Shown: positions 17,975 through 27,345 of the stretch, piece after piece
How positions within the stretch are numbered: the first letter of the stretch is position 1
Layout of the letters: every line of letters begins with the position of its first letter
Source: Candidatus Omnitrophota bacterium
Lineage (GTDB): Bacteria; Omnitrophota; Gorgyraeia; Gygaellales; Profunditerraquicolaceae
Length of the DNA: 64,000 bases
Direction: 5' to 3'
Assembly: GCA_042577285.1 (NCBI GenBank)
Contig: JBHPDM010000002.1
Span: forward strand, 6,917-70,916
Notes under the pieces: model-generated
What the model was told of the DNA's origin: nothing
Seen by the model: only the letters and a program-made list of their open reading frames with translations
The model's database searches: none
Made by a program: the position numbers and the translations under genes

Positions 17975-19123
17975 CTAAAAACTAGGTTCAATACACAAAA
18001 CCTTGTATTTTTTAAAATCCTTTAATCCGCCCTCGATAAAGCTTAAGTTCGTTAGATATTTCATCTTGCACCAGATAAAAAATTTAGAGTGCGGTTTCAT
18101 AGCAAAATTCCATTTCACGAAGTGAAAGAGAAAATAAAGCATTAGGACAAGCGAAATCCAGGCAAAAACAGGCCAAAAGAAACCTGCCTGAGAGAGCGCC
18201 AATAGAAAACTTGAGAATGTAAGGCCAGCGAAGAGGTGCAGCAGATGAAAGTGCCCCAGATAAATAAATCCCCGCAATGGCAACGGCAGAGTAAAGCAGG
18301 GTGCGCCTTTCAAGAACTGTAATATCACTACCACCCCGTTCTTCTTGACGTACTTATCGATCAAGGGCAGGTGCGCCTGGCCGTAGGTCACCCAGACCCT
18401 TCTTAATGCCCTAAGGTCAGCCCGGTGCATATGGTCGACTTTTGCTTTGGGCGCAAAGTAGAATTTCCAGCCGCGGCTTCGATGCTGGTAACTCAAGTCC
18501 ATATCCTCGCCCGTAGGCCTATCCCAAAACTTCGCCCCGATCTCCTTCATCGCGCTCCTGCGGTAAGCGACATTGCAGGTACCGAAGAAATAAGCCTTAT
18601 GCCCGCCGATATCTAAGGGCAACGGCTCCTTCGGGAAGCCGGGGAAATATCCCTCCCCGATCCATCCATAGCGCGGAGAGACCATATTAAAACGGAAATG
18701 CTGACACCACTCCTCGACTGAATTATCCGGGTCTACTTTCATGGTAAATACCTCGCCACCCACTGCTGCGATCTTAGGATCTTTCTCAAAATGCAGGAGC
18801 ATCTCGCTGACCCACTCCTTATTCGGCGCGCAATCCGCGTCGGTAAAGAATAAAAAGTCTCCCTTGACCACCTCTAGCGCCTTATTACGGGCAAATCCGG
18901 GCGAAGGACAGTTAGGGATCTCTACTAATCTGATAAAGGAATATTTTGCCTGCCAACTCTTGATGATCTCAACGGTCTTATCGCTTGAGCCGCCATCTGC
19001 GATCACCCACTCCCAGCGCTCGTGGGGATAATCGACTTTGAGCAGGTACTCAAAGGTCTTCTCGATCGTACGTTCGAAGTTCCGCACCGGTATGATTATC
19101 GAAATAAAAGGTCTCTGGGACAT
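17975..19123 (-). CDS. Family 2 glycosyltransferase with a C-terminal membrane domain
   Basis: Motifs ISIIIPVRN, ADGGSSDKT and FTDADC (DxD). Confidence 0.75.
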   Translation of the reverse strand: MSQRPFISIIIPVRNFERTIEKTFEYLLKVDYPHERWEWVIADGGSSDKTVEIIKSWQAKYSFIRLVEIPNCPSPGFARNKALEVVKGDFLFFTDADCAPNKEWVSEMLLHFEKDPKIAAVGGEVFTMKVDPDNSVEEWCQHFRFNMVSPRYGWIGEGYFPGFPKEPLPLDIGGHKAYFFGTCNVAYRRSAMKEIGAKFWDRPTGEDMDLSYQHRSRGWKFYFAPKAKVDHMHRADLRALRRVWVTYGQAHLPLIDKYVKKNGVVVILQFLKGAPCFTLPLPLRGFIYLGHFHLLHLFAGLTFSSFLLALSQAGFFWPVFAWISLVLMLYFLFHFVKWNFAMKPHSKFFIWCKMKYLTNLSFIEGGLKDFKKYKVLCIEPSF

Positions 19124-19133
19124 CTCTCTTCTC

Positions 19134-19970
19134 CTATCTCCAGATTATCTGTCTGGCATCAAATACCGGCCCTTCCTTACAGGCCCTTTTGAATCCATCT
19201 TTAGTATTAACCGCGCAACCCAGACATGCCCCGATACCACAGGCCATATGCTCCTCCAGAGAGACCTGGGCGGGAACCCTGTGCAAGGCGCTCAAGCGCG
19301 AAACCTCTTCCAGCATCATGCGGGGACCGCAGGCAAATATTACCGCTGGTCTTACCGGCCGGCGCGGATCAGACTTACTGCATAAAACATTCCTTAAAAG
19401 ACCGGTAACCCTGCCTTTAAATCCCCTTGTTCCATCGTCAGTAGATATTTTAACACTACAACCCAAAAGATTAAACTCTTTTTCGCAGAATACTTCTTGT
19501 TTACTCCTTGCCCCGATCAAAACTGTGATCTCAGCCCGGGGGTAACCGCGCCTGAGCTTTTCTGCCAAAAATAGTAACGGTGCCACCCCCATGCCGCCGG
19601 CGACTAATATCGGCGTGCGGCGTGCGGCGTGCGGCGTGCGGTAAATGAAGCCATTTCCCAAAGGACCGATGATATTGACTTGAGCGCCCTTTTTCCTCTT
19701 TGATAGTATCTTTGTTGCCTGCCCCACTACCTCATAAAGTATCTCTACACTTGAATCGGTGATGTTATGGATGCTAAACGGCCTGCGCAGCAGCGGCTGG
19801 CATCCATTGTTAACGCGCAGATTAATAAACTGCCCCGGCCTGCCGAGACGGGAAATCTGCGGGGCTTTAAGGATAAGCTTATAGTAATCCTGCTTAATCT
19901 TGAGGTTTTTTACTATCCTTACATCCCGGATCAAGCTCTTGCTTTCAGATTTTGGCATTATTTCTGGCAT
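19134..19970 (-). CDS. pyrK: Dihydroorotate dehydrogenase electron-transfer subunit (FAD/[2Fe-2S])
   Basis: RPFSI FAD-binding motif, VAGGMGVAPL, and a C-terminal cysteine cluster (CGIGACLGCAV...C) consistent with a [2Fe-2S] site. Confidence 0.85.
   Translation of the reverse strand: MPEIMPKSESKSLIRDVRIVKNLKIKQDYYKLILKAPQISRLGRPGQFINLRVNNGCQPLLRRPFSIHNITDSSVEILYEVVGQATKILSKRKKGAQVNIIGPLGNGFIYRTPHAARRTPILVAGGMGVAPLLFLAEKLRRGYPRAEITVLIGARSKQEVFCEKEFNLLGCSVKISTDDGTRGFKGRVTGLLRNVLCSKSDPRRPVRPAVIFACGPRMMLEEVSRLSALHRVPAQVSLEEHMACGIGACLGCAVNTKDGFKRACKEGPVFDARQIIWR
19612..19641. repeat. Tandem heptanucleotide repeat (GGCGTGC)x4 inside pyrK
   Basis: Read directly. It encodes PHAARRTP immediately before the ILVAGG strand. 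Confidence 0.9.
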
Positions 19971-20758
19971 TTAGGGCAAAAATAGGTACCCCTTCCCCCT
20001 AAGGCTATTCTCTTTATTAAGGCCTTGCATCTCTTGCAGGGTTTACCTTTACGGTCATAGACCTTATGAAAACGCTGATAATCTCCGGTGGTCCCTGAAA
20101 CCTGCACGTATTGATCTACCGATGAGCCCTTGTAACGGATCGCTTCCCTCAGAGTCTTTTGGACCTCTTTAAGAAGAGATTCCCTCTCTTTATCCGATAG
20201 AGTATTAACCCGTCGCGCAGGATGAATCCCTGCCCTGAATAATGCCTCTGCGGCGTAGAGGTTGCCGACCCCTGAGATAAATGTCTGATCTAAGAGCAAC
20301 GGCTTTATCTTAGTCTTCCTGTTGTCGAGCATCTTCGTAAATCTAGATGCATTTAAAGCAAATGGTTCCGGGCCGAGCCCCTTGACGAACTTCAAAGAGT
20401 TCCAGTCGTCTACAAGGCGAAGTTCTCCGAAGAGCCTCTGGTCCCGGAAATCCAGATCCTTGCCGCCGGTAAGATGAAAGCTCACCCGGGAGCTGTTTCC
20501 TTCCCCCGGATAGACCAATTGGCCGGTCATCTTCAGGTGAATGGTCAAGCATTTGCCATTTGATAGCTTTAGGATCAAGAGCTTTCCCTTGCGCAATATC
20601 GTCTTGATCCGCGCACCCTTGACCCCTCTCTTGAATTTATCAACTGAGGGCTGACGGATCACCTTTGGGTGGTGGACGCAAACCCCGGTGATCTTTTTAC
20701 CCAAGACCGCTCTTTCTAATTCCCGCCTGATTGTTTCTACCTCCGGTAGCTCTGGCAT
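19958..20758 (-). CDS. mutM: Formamidopyrimidine-DNA glycosylase
   Basis: N-terminal MPELPEVE and a C-terminal zinc finger, CKRC...CPKC. Confidence 0.9.
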   Translation of the reverse strand: MPELPEVETIRRELERAVLGKKITGVCVHHPKVIRQPSVDKFKRGVKGARIKTILRKGKLLILKLSNGKCLTIHLKMTGQLVYPGEGNSSRVSFHLTGGKDLDFRDQRLFGELRLVDDWNSLKFVKGLGPEPFALNASRFTKMLDNRKTKIKPLLLDQTFISGVGNLYAAEALFRAGIHPARRVNTLSDKERESLLKEVQKTLREAIRYKGSSVDQYVQVSGTTGDYQRFHKVYDRKGKPCKRCKALIKRIALGGRGTYFCPKCQK

Positions 20759-20759
20759 C

Positions 20760-21212
20760 TTATTTACTTAATAGTTCCTTTACCTTCTTAACCGCATCCT
20801 CAACTGAATTTACCTTGATCACCCCAGGGATATCCCAAGAATTAAGACTGATCACAGGGATCCCAAACTGGAGACAGTAGGAGAGCTCAGAGAGCGTACC
20901 AGCTTCGCCGGGTAAGGCAACTACCGCATCCGCGCTCTTTACCACCAGCACATTTCTAGCCAATCCTAACCCCGTAGGAATCGGGATATCCACATAGGGA
21001 TTAGCATCATTTTTATCGTAACCAGGTAATATACCTATAGTTAGCCCATTTCCGGCCTTAAACCCCCTGCAAACTGCCTCCATCACTCCACTTAAGCCAC
21101 CTGAAATTAGTATATCAGCCACTTTAGCCAGTTTTTCCCCTAATTCCTGGGTAATCTGCTCCACTTCTTTCGTACACTTATGCCCACCTATAACCGATAT
21201 AGTCTTTTTCAT
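20760..21212 (-). CDS. TIGR00725/LOG-like Rossmann-fold protein
   Basis: Motifs ISVIGG, SGGLSGVMEA and PGEAGTLSE. Confidence 0.6.
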   Translation of the reverse strand: MKKTISVIGGHKCTKEVEQITQELGEKLAKVADILISGGLSGVMEAVCRGFKAGNGLTIGILPGYDKNDANPYVDIPIPTGLGLARNVLVVKSADAVVALPGEAGTLSELSYCLQFGIPVISLNSWDIPGVIKVNSVEDAVKKVKELLSK

Positions 21213-21246
21213 TTTCTCATCTCCCGCACATTACCTATCTTGTTGC

Positions 21247-21271
21247 GGGACAGTCCCATAGGGACAGTCCC
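21247..21271. repeat. Two tandem copies of the palindrome GGGACAGTCCC separated by ATA (forms a 10-bp hairpin)
   Basis: Read directly. It lies about 35 nt past the tRNA-Arg 3' end. Confidence 0.8.
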
Positions 21272-21305
21272 TGGCTGCCTAACTTAGGCTCGCGCTCTTC
21301 ATAAT

Positions 21306-21381
21306 TGGTGCCCCTGACAGGATTCGAACCTGTACACCTAGCGCCGGAGGCTAGTGCTCTATCCAATTGAACTACAGGGGC
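21306..21381 (-). tRNA. tRNA-Arg (anticodon CCG), CCA encoded
   Basis: Hand-folded cloverleaf. Acceptor GCCCCTG/CAGGGGC, anticodon loop CTCCGGC. Confidence 0.9.
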
Positions 21382-21842
21382 ATCTTGGAAAGAACAAACT
21401 CCTTGTCGTCAACCTTAGACTGCTGAACAGAAAACCTCTTGAAATTGCCAACGCCCTTCTTAGTTAAAATCTGCTGCATATAATCTGCGCAGCGCTCCTT
21501 CCCTGTGCCGCTTCCGTAGGTTGTGAAGAGAACTGCTGGTTTAGCGCCTACACCACTGCATTCATCGAGAAAGGTATTCACCGCCGGCGCAGGGGCGAAG
21601 GCCCAGACAGGGGTCCCCAGACAGATCAAATCATAACCTGAAAGGTCCGGGTTTACCGGCGCGATCTGCGCCCTCTTATGCCTGATCGCCCTAGCGCACT
21701 GACTAAAGAATTTATTTGATTCATCCAGCGCCGTTAATTCTATAATATCGACTTCCCCTTTTTCCTTCAGGCGTCCGATTAAAACTTTAGCCACTTTCTT
21801 GGTGTTGCCGCTGTAAGAATAATAAATAACCGCGCTTCTCAT
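21372..21842 (-). CDS. Flavodoxin-like protein
   Basis: N-terminus is AVIYYSYSGNTKKVA. The last 10 nt, including the stop, overlap the 5' end of tRNA-Arg. Confidence 0.7.
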   Translation of the reverse strand: MRSAVIYYSYSGNTKKVAKVLIGRLKEKGEVDIIELTALDESNKFFSQCARAIRHKRAQIAPVNPDLSGYDLICLGTPVWAFAPAPAVNTFLDECSGVGAKPAVLFTTYGSGTGKERCADYMQQILTKKGVGNFKRFSVQQSKVDDKEFVLSKMPL

Positions 21843-21852
21843 GGTTCTCTCC

Positions 21853-23094
21853 TCAAAAAAGACTTAATTGTTTTTCGCCTTCGTTGTCGGCTTCTTCCTT
21901 TGGATCAAAGATCGAGACCTTACCATATTCTCCGTCGAAGCCGGCCTTGATATCGACCTGCCCCCCGCGCACCCGCAGGATACCTTCGGCAACACGCTTT
22001 GGCAGGCCCTTAAACAAGTCATCTTTAGGAATTTTATTTAAAATATCAAACTCTGTGCCAAACTTGGCGATGTAGCCGCGGTAATCATTAGCCACTGCCT
22101 TTGAGGCTCTACCTACGCCTCTTACTTCAGCAATGATCTCATCCAGGGGGATCAGGTTTTTAAAAGGGATCGCGTTCTCCGGCTTAAAACCCTCCGGACG
22201 ATCAGATAATTGTTCTACGCGGTTCATCACCCCGACGGTAACGCCCTTACCGCACTTAGGACATTTCCCGCCATGCTCCTTTGTTTCCTTCGGTGAAAAA
22301 CGCACTCCGCACTGGCGGTGCCCGTCAAAATGGTATTTCCCCTCTTCAGGGAAAAACTCTACTGTGTATAAAAATCTTTTTCTGTCCTTTGTCTTTAATA
22401 CATCCCTGATAGTCATAAAGTCTAAGTTACAATCAAAGACATTCGCCTCCCGGCCGATCTTTGAAGGAGAGTGTGAGTCTGAATTGGAGACTAAAGTAAA
22501 CCTGTCTATAGCGCTTAAGCGCCAGTTCATCGCCGGGTCGCTGGAGAGCCCGGTCTCAAGGGCGAATATCTTGGGCGTCTGCTCCTCAAAACAGGCCTCA
22601 ACCTTATTAAATCCGGACATTGAGCCAAAAAGGGAGAACCAGGGGGTCCAGATATGCCCGGGGATCAGTATACAATTCTCGTCGATATCAAAGACGATCC
22701 GCGCCAGCCCAGCTGCATCCAGTCCTAATATCGGCCGCCCGTCAGAGGCAATATTGCCAAGACCTGCGAGGCGGTGGTTGATCTTATCCACGGTTTTAAA
22801 GGAGGGAGCCAAAATAACATTATGGATCCGGTAACCCCTCCCGCCCTTTGAATAAATACTGCTGATCTCACAGCTGAGGATAAAATGTATCTCTTTATGC
22901 TTAAAAAGTCCGTTGCCTAAATCCTCTAAATTGTGCTTCAGCTCCTCAAGCCAGAGATGGTGCGTGAAATCCCCCGTGCCCATCAGGGTGATCCCCTTGA
23001 TCTTCGCCCACTCCGCGATATGCTGGATATCCATATCCTTACTGGTGGCGCGGGAGTACTTTGAATGAATGTGAAAATCGGCGATAAATTCCAT
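21853..23094 (-). CDS. PHP-domain endonuclease Q-like protein (TIGR00375 family)
   Basis: N-terminus is ADFHIHSKYSRATSKDM...GTGDFTHHLW. An internal zinc finger reads CPKCGKGVTVGV. Confidence 0.55.
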   Translation of the reverse strand: MEFIADFHIHSKYSRATSKDMDIQHIAEWAKIKGITLMGTGDFTHHLWLEELKHNLEDLGNGLFKHKEIHFILSCEISSIYSKGGRGYRIHNVILAPSFKTVDKINHRLAGLGNIASDGRPILGLDAAGLARIVFDIDENCILIPGHIWTPWFSLFGSMSGFNKVEACFEEQTPKIFALETGLSSDPAMNWRLSAIDRFTLVSNSDSHSPSKIGREANVFDCNLDFMTIRDVLKTKDRKRFLYTVEFFPEEGKYHFDGHRQCGVRFSPKETKEHGGKCPKCGKGVTVGVMNRVEQLSDRPEGFKPENAIPFKNLIPLDEIIAEVRGVGRASKAVANDYRGYIAKFGTEFDILNKIPKDDLFKGLPKRVAEGILRVRGGQVDIKAGFDGEYGKVSIFDPKEEADNEGEKQLSLF

Positions 23095-23097
23095 CTT

Positions 23098-24381
23098 TTA
23101 AGCCTTGTAGACGACCTCGCCTTTGCGGATCGTATATTCTACTATACCCTTTAATCTCCTGCCAAGGAAGGCACAATTTTTTGATTTAGAGAGAAATGTG
23201 TGTTTCTCGACGGTCCACTCCTTCTCGGCAGAGACGATGATCAGGTCTGCATCGCTACTCTTACCGAGCGTCCCCTTATTAATCCTTAAGATCTTTGCCG
23301 GATTTAAGCATAATTTCCTTACCAGCTGCGGCCAATCAAGTATCCCCGGATCAATAAGCCCGGTGATGCTTGCGGCAAGCTCGGTCTCAAGGCCGGTGAC
23401 GCCGAATGCCGAGCGCTCGAACTCTATATCCTTTTCATTCTCGGTGTGCGGGGCATGATCTGAGGCGATCGCATCAATAGTCCCATCTTTTAACCCCTTC
23501 TTTATCGCTTCGACATCGGCCCTGCCGCGCAAGGGAGGATTCATCTTCATATTCGTATCAAACCTGAGCACATCCTCTTCGGATAAACAAAAATAGTGCG
23601 GGGCAGTCTCGGCGGTTACCTTTATTCCCTTTTTCTTGGCGTGGGCAATACTCTCAACTGACTCTCTACAGCTGAGGTGGGCGATGTGTAGAGGGGTTTT
23701 TGTTTCTTTAGCCAGCTTTATATCCCGCTTTACCCTCTTATACTCCGATTCCTTTGATATCCCGCGCAGGCCCATGCGCGTAGAGGTCAGTCCAAGGTTA
23801 ACCAGCCCGCCGTTAGAGAGAGCCTTGTCTTCAGAGTGACAGATCACTAAACTTTTCTCTTTCGCTGCGCTCTCAAGCGCCTCCGACATCAGCTCTGCTT
23901 TATCAACTGAATTTCCGTCGTCGGAGAAGGCCAGTGCACCCTCTTTCTTTATGCCGGGGATATCGACCAATTCTTCACCTGCGCGGCCTCTGGTGATAGC
24001 AGCGCAGATCAGAACATCTGCCTGGGCGCTCTTGGCGAGCATCTTCTTTAATAGTTTCACATTCTCTACGCTATCGATTGCGGGATTAGTGTTAGACATG
24101 GCAAGGAGTGTAGTGATGCCGCCCCTTAACGCTGCCTGGGTACCGCTCTTAATCGTCTCCTTGTCCTCCCTGCCCGGCTCCCTCAGATGCACGTGCATAT
24201 CCACGATCCCGGGCATTACGATCTTGCCGGTGGCATCGATTACTTTGGCAGAATTAGCGCGGATATCCTTAGCGACCTTGCTGATCTGGCCGTTCTCAAG
24301 CAAAATATCCGCGACCCCGTCACGCTTGTTAGCGGGATCAACTAGACGGCCGTTTTTAATAAGGATCTTAGCGCTTTTCAT
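23098..24381 (-). CDS. pyrC: Dihydroorotase
   Basis: Motifs DMHVHLREPG and ASDHAPH. Confidence 0.9.
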   Translation of the reverse strand: MKSAKILIKNGRLVDPANKRDGVADILLENGQISKVAKDIRANSAKVIDATGKIVMPGIVDMHVHLREPGREDKETIKSGTQAALRGGITTLLAMSNTNPAIDSVENVKLLKKMLAKSAQADVLICAAITRGRAGEELVDIPGIKKEGALAFSDDGNSVDKAELMSEALESAAKEKSLVICHSEDKALSNGGLVNLGLTSTRMGLRGISKESEYKRVKRDIKLAKETKTPLHIAHLSCRESVESIAHAKKKGIKVTAETAPHYFCLSEEDVLRFDTNMKMNPPLRGRADVEAIKKGLKDGTIDAIASDHAPHTENEKDIEFERSAFGVTGLETELAASITGLIDPGILDWPQLVRKLCLNPAKILRINKGTLGKSSDADLIIVSAEKEWTVEKHTFLSKSKNCAFLGRRLKGIVEYTIRKGEVVYKA

Positions 24382-25297
24382 TTGCCTGAGAGACTAAGAA
24401 CAGGACCGCCATCCGCACGGCGATACCGTTGGTAACCTGTTCCATTATGACTGAATTTTCTCCGTCAGCGACTTCGCTTGACATCTCTATCCCGCGGTTG
24501 ATCGGACCGGGATGCATCACCAGGATCTCTTTTTTCGCTCTCTTCAAGCGCTCCTCTGTGATACCGAAGGTCCGAAAATATTCTATCTGCGATGGGAAAG
24601 CAGCCTTATCGTCCCGCTCAAACTGCATACGCAGGACATTCACCGCGTCCGCATCACGCAGCGCTTCATCTATGTCATGACTTACCCGCGCCCCCATCTG
24701 GTCTATCCCGGGGGGGATCAGCATTTTCGGCGCGCAGACCGTGACATTGGCGCCCAGTTTTGTCAGGCCCCAGATATTTGAACGCGCCACCCGGGAGTGC
24801 GCGATATCCCCTACAATCGTCACATTTAAGCCCTCGATCTTACCTAACCTTTCCTTTATGGTAAACATATCCAGTAATGCCTGGGTGGGGTGTTCGTGCC
24901 AGCCGTCGCCGGCATTGATCACGCTGACATTTACATGGCGGGCCAGCATCGCTGCGGCACCCGAGGCATTATGGCGCACGACTATAATATCGGCTCTTAA
25001 GGCTTCGAGGTTGCGTCCGGTATCAATAAGCGTCTCGCCTTTTTTAACGCTTGAGGTCTCAACCGCGATATTAATCACATCCGCGGATAATCTCTTGGCT
25101 GCGACTTCAAATGAGACCCGGGTACGCGTGGATGGTTCATAGAAAAGGTTCAAAACTGTTTTTCCACGGAGAGCCGGAACCTTCTTAACCTCCCTGCCGG
25201 AGACCTCCTTAAAGGACTCGGCAGTAGCAAGGATCAGTTCTATTTCTTCCTTACTCAATTCTTCTAATCCTAAGAGATCTTTTTTAGTCCAATTCAT
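24368..25297 (-). CDS. pyrB: Aspartate carbamoyltransferase catalytic subunit
   Basis: Motifs FYEPSTRTR, HEHPTQ and HPGP. Confidence 0.9.
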   Translation of the reverse strand: MNWTKKDLLGLEELSKEEIELILATAESFKEVSGREVKKVPALRGKTVLNLFYEPSTRTRVSFEVAAKRLSADVINIAVETSSVKKGETLIDTGRNLEALRADIIVVRHNASGAAAMLARHVNVSVINAGDGWHEHPTQALLDMFTIKERLGKIEGLNVTIVGDIAHSRVARSNIWGLTKLGANVTVCAPKMLIPPGIDQMGARVSHDIDEALRDADAVNVLRMQFERDDKAAFPSQIEYFRTFGITEERLKRAKKEILVMHPGPINRGIEMSSEVADGENSVIMEQVTNGIAVRMAVLFLVSQANEKR

Positions 25298-25318
25298 AGT
25301 TTTACTATCCGCTATACG

Positions 25319-25867
<549 letters not shown>

Positions 25868-25876
25868 CTAGCTGAC

Positions 25877-25975
25877 AAAAAAAATCCCAACCTCTTTATT
25901 TACAGATAGTTGGGTAAATCTTACTTGCAGAATCATCTCGATCATCTCCACCTTGCCAGCCTCTCATGGGCTGAG
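25877..25975 (-). promoter_or_regulatory. PyrR-binding leader with an intrinsic terminator (transcription attenuator)
   Basis: The minus strand contains CUUUAAGCUCAGCCCAUGAGAGGCUGGCAAGGUGG, which resembles the PyrR binding-loop core GAGAGGCU..CAAGG. This is followed by CCCAAC-17 nt-GUUGGG plus AU8. Confidence 0.7.
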
Positions 25976-26001
25976 CTTAAAGGTCCTCTTTGATTTTGTT
26001 A

Positions 26002-26030
26002 AATATACCACCTAAAACCCCTTTTGTCAA
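26002..26030 (-). promoter_or_regulatory. Sigma70-type promoter of pyrR-pyrB-pyrC
   Basis: The minus strand reads TTGACA-17 nt-TATATT. Confidence 0.55.
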
Positions 26031-26040
26031 GTCAAAAGTT

Positions 26041-26134
26041 GGGACGCTCTTTTTGCTAATCGGGAGAGTGTCCCCTTATCCACAGACCATGTGTAAAAAA
26101 GGGACAGTTTCCGCTTTAGCAAAAAGAGCGTCCC
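26041..26134. repeat. 94-bp palindromic MITE/REP-like element, copy 2
   Basis: Same 19-bp terminal inverted repeats as copy 1. It supplies the last 5 full codons (part of a sixth) and the stop codon of the upstream gene. Confidence 0.85.
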
Positions 26135-27345
26135 TTTTGTTTAATGAGGAGGAGGGCGGCGATCAGGGGAATCGTTGCCAGGGTCACCCAACCGTAGAGA
26201 TCCGCCATGCTCACCGGCCGCTGAGCATAACCGGCCAGATACAGGCCCTTCCCAAAGATACCCTCCAAGACTGAGCTGGATGTAAAGCTGTGAAAGATAA
26301 AAGCTACCGACAATAATATAAGTACTACCCGGTCCTTGAAATTTACTTTGATCAGATAATATATACAAGACATGTAGGCCAAGATGAGAAATATGTAGCC
26401 GTGCAGCCAGCCATTAGGATTCAGGAAGGCGATGTAAGAGACCAAAAGGGAAAGATTCAAGGTATCCTTGCTGCGCAAAGGGACCAACATAAAGGCATAT
26501 AAGACAAATACGATCAAGGCAATGAACGCAGTAACCAGCCCCCGGCTGAACTTGAAGAACTCTATCCCGTATGTCGTGGAGGAAAAGAAGACATATATAT
26601 ATCTTAAGAGCGACTGATTCTTATAATCCATAATCAGGGTCTCCGGATTTAAGCAGCTTCTCTTTAAATATGATATCTGCTCCGTAAGCTTTAACGAAGT
26701 CACATTAGGATCAAGCGCTCGCAACAACGCTCCTGAGGCGAATGAAAACAAAACCACTGAAAGCAAGATCAGCAACGCCAACCTGATCCGCTTCTTATAC
26801 AGGAAATACGGGATTATAAGCAGCGGCGTATATTTTACCATCACCGCCAGGCCGATCAGCAGGCCGCAGGCAAGATCATCCTTGCGAAGATAATATCTAA
26901 AACCCAAAAGCAAAAGCGCCAACATCAGGATATTGGGCTGACCCAGGTCAAGGTTAAGAAAGATAAACCTGGCCATGACCAGGAATGATAAAGCGTAAAA
27001 CAGGTAGAGCTTCTTTCCGACGAGACTGTTGCTACAGACCAGCTCCTTTGCTGAGGCAAAGATAAAAAAGAGCAAAGAAAACTGTAGCAGGTACCAGAGG
27101 GCATCAGCTGCTCTCTCCGGAAAGAGCGCAAATGGCACCATAAAGAGGGCAAAGAGCGAAGAGTATTTAAACTCCGCATGCTCCTGGTCTTCGGGTATGT
27201 AGATATCCTGCTTGTTCAGGATCCTCCGGCCGGTGACATAATAGATGTGAAAATCGCTGAAGTTCCTCTTTGGGGCGCGCCTCTGGTGGCGGACAAAAGA
27301 GAATATCGAAAGTATTACCAGGATTATGATTAGTGCCTTCTTCAT
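26116..27345 (-). CDS. Polytopic membrane protein, DUF2029/GT87-like glycosyltransferase
   Basis: About 11 TM segments. The N-terminus has SDFHIYYVTGRRIL, which is typical of DUF2029. Confidence 0.45.
   Translation of the reverse strand: MKKALIIILVILSIFSFVRHQRRAPKRNFSDFHIYYVTGRRILNKQDIYIPEDQEHAEFKYSSLFALFMVPFALFPERAADALWYLLQFSLLFFIFASAKELVCSNSLVGKKLYLFYALSFLVMARFIFLNLDLGQPNILMLALLLLGFRYYLRKDDLACGLLIGLAVMVKYTPLLIIPYFLYKKRIRLALLILLSVVLFSFASGALLRALDPNVTSLKLTEQISYLKRSCLNPETLIMDYKNQSLLRYIYVFFSSTTYGIEFFKFSRGLVTAFIALIVFVLYAFMLVPLRSKDTLNLSLLVSYIAFLNPNGWLHGYIFLILAYMSCIYYLIKVNFKDRVVLILLSVAFIFHSFTSSSVLEGIFGKGLYLAGYAQRPVSMADLYGWVTLATIPLIAALLLIKQKGRSFC

Noticed and set aside
19612-19641. Possible CRISPR or minisatellite (also considered for 45664-45698 and for the two 94-bp elements).
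   Set aside because: The heptamer arrays are contiguous, have no spacers and lie inside CDSs. The 94-bp elements are 10 kb apart. No repeat-spacer array or cas gene occurs anywhere in the window.
22133-22834. 233-aa plus-strand ORF. Similar long antisense ORFs occur at 39403-40014, 48520-49182 and 53111-53701.
   Set aside because: Each lies opposite a gene with unambiguous conserved motifs (EndoQ-like, rny, trkA, coaC). Each has a Ser/Pro/Leu-rich composition with no motif.
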